A DNA stretch of 64,000 nucleotides, taken from the NCBI GenBank assembly GCA_977030845.1, contig OZ365114.1, forward strand, positions 18,414,001 through 18,478,000, in the 5' to 3' direction. The notes under the pieces are model-generated. The model was given only the letters and a program-made list of their open reading frames with translations, ran no database searches and was not told the origin of the DNA. This DNA comes from Fimbriosthenelais zetlandica. Lineage: Eukaryota. A program made the position numbers and the translations under genes. Below are positions 63,228-64,000 of the stretch, one piece after another (positions within the stretch are counted from its first letter, which is position 1; the number at the start of each line of letters is the position of its first letter).

Positions 63228-63900
63228 TCACTGCATGAAGGTACCGGTTTGAACCCCAGGTTGGTAATGCCTCCAATATATCACACTGCTTGAGGTGGCA
63301 GATCTTAACCATAATAAACCCCGGCATTTCATACTATATATTGCAAAGTCTGTCACAGGATTTTTTTCCATTACGAATAGATACTCTGCAATGTAGATAG
63401 CAACTTGATGGAATATCATTCCTTAGATGACCAGACGAGGGATAATCTCCATGATGGAATTAGCCGCACGTACATAGAGATCAGCGGTCATATTTTGTCC
63501 ATCTACATCAGCAGGAAGGTATTCTAATGTATGGGGGAATATGGAATCCTGACAAGGGGGAGAGGGATAATAGTGGGCTTGGAATGGGGCGGTCATCCTA
63601 TTATTATGTGACTGTCGTGAATGCTGATTTGATGATCCGAGTGTGTGTATGAAGCCAGAGGCCCACCAAGGACGTCAACCAGCAGAAATCACCTAATGAG
63701 TAGCCACCCACATTGCCTCCACCCACACCCCCACCTTACACAAACCATATGCCATACCGAGACAGTGAGGCATGGAAGGATCGGGCAAGGGGCAGGTAGC
63801 CTTGCAATGTGCCTCCCATGAGATGCCTCTCAGGATCGGCCCCTGATGTCGTTGCGAGACAGAGAGGCATTTAGGGGGCTGGTATTTTCTCACTCAGAGT
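63228..63900 (-). mobile_element. Eroded Gypsy integrase remnant (two colinear pieces)
   Basis: TCPLPDPSMPH..GVWVEAMWV (LxPLPxPxxP..GxxxxxVxVD), then EYLFVME..YWRHYQP..TGTF (YxxVxxD..RxxxPxxxxxDxGxxF). Confidence 0.38.
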
Positions 63901-64000
63901 TCATCCACACCCCTTTATTACTCTGTCCCCCTGTCACAGTGTCAGTTAATGCTCATCAGGGAAACGTCCAGCGACTGTCAACTGAACAATCGCTTGGAGA

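Noticed and set aside
1-64000. The 60-150 aa ORFs in the supplied six-frame track as genes
   Set aside because: They are short, overlap on both strands, often start at alternative codons and lack coherent domains. The informative ones are pieces of decayed TEs or shadow frames of the repeats.

Overview
This window is eukaryotic (metazoan) DNA with no intact protein-coding gene, rRNA, tRNA or CRISPR array that I can support. A marine-invertebrate origin is suggested by the AGGCCT-rich young sequence and a Meta-like SINE, but this is inference only. Most of the 64 kb is a mosaic of heavily eroded transposon remnants (DIRS, Gypsy, CR1/L2, RTE, L1/Tx1, possibly MULE, hAT and another DDE family). 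I recognised these only from frameshifted motif traces, so their confidences are modest and their boundaries approximate. Three younger, highly structured blocks stand out. (1) 9.2-14.4 kb: tandemly amplified fragments resembling the chromatin remodeller HELLS/LSH (DDM1 family). There are three copies of the N-terminal helix exon and four copies of the extreme C-terminal exon, with no recognisable SNF2 helicase core. (2) 33.05-35.96 kb: a non-autonomous TIR element with inverted 15-bp arrays. It contains a nested PIF/Harbinger deletion derivative and a duplication whose copies differ by AGGCCT insertions. (3) 49.2-49.64 kb: seven 55-bp repeats, each with a CCAAT box and paired E2F-like sites, followed by NRF1-, YY1/ATG- and CHR-like motifs. 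Reference protein sequences and consensus motifs were recalled from memory; no database search was run.
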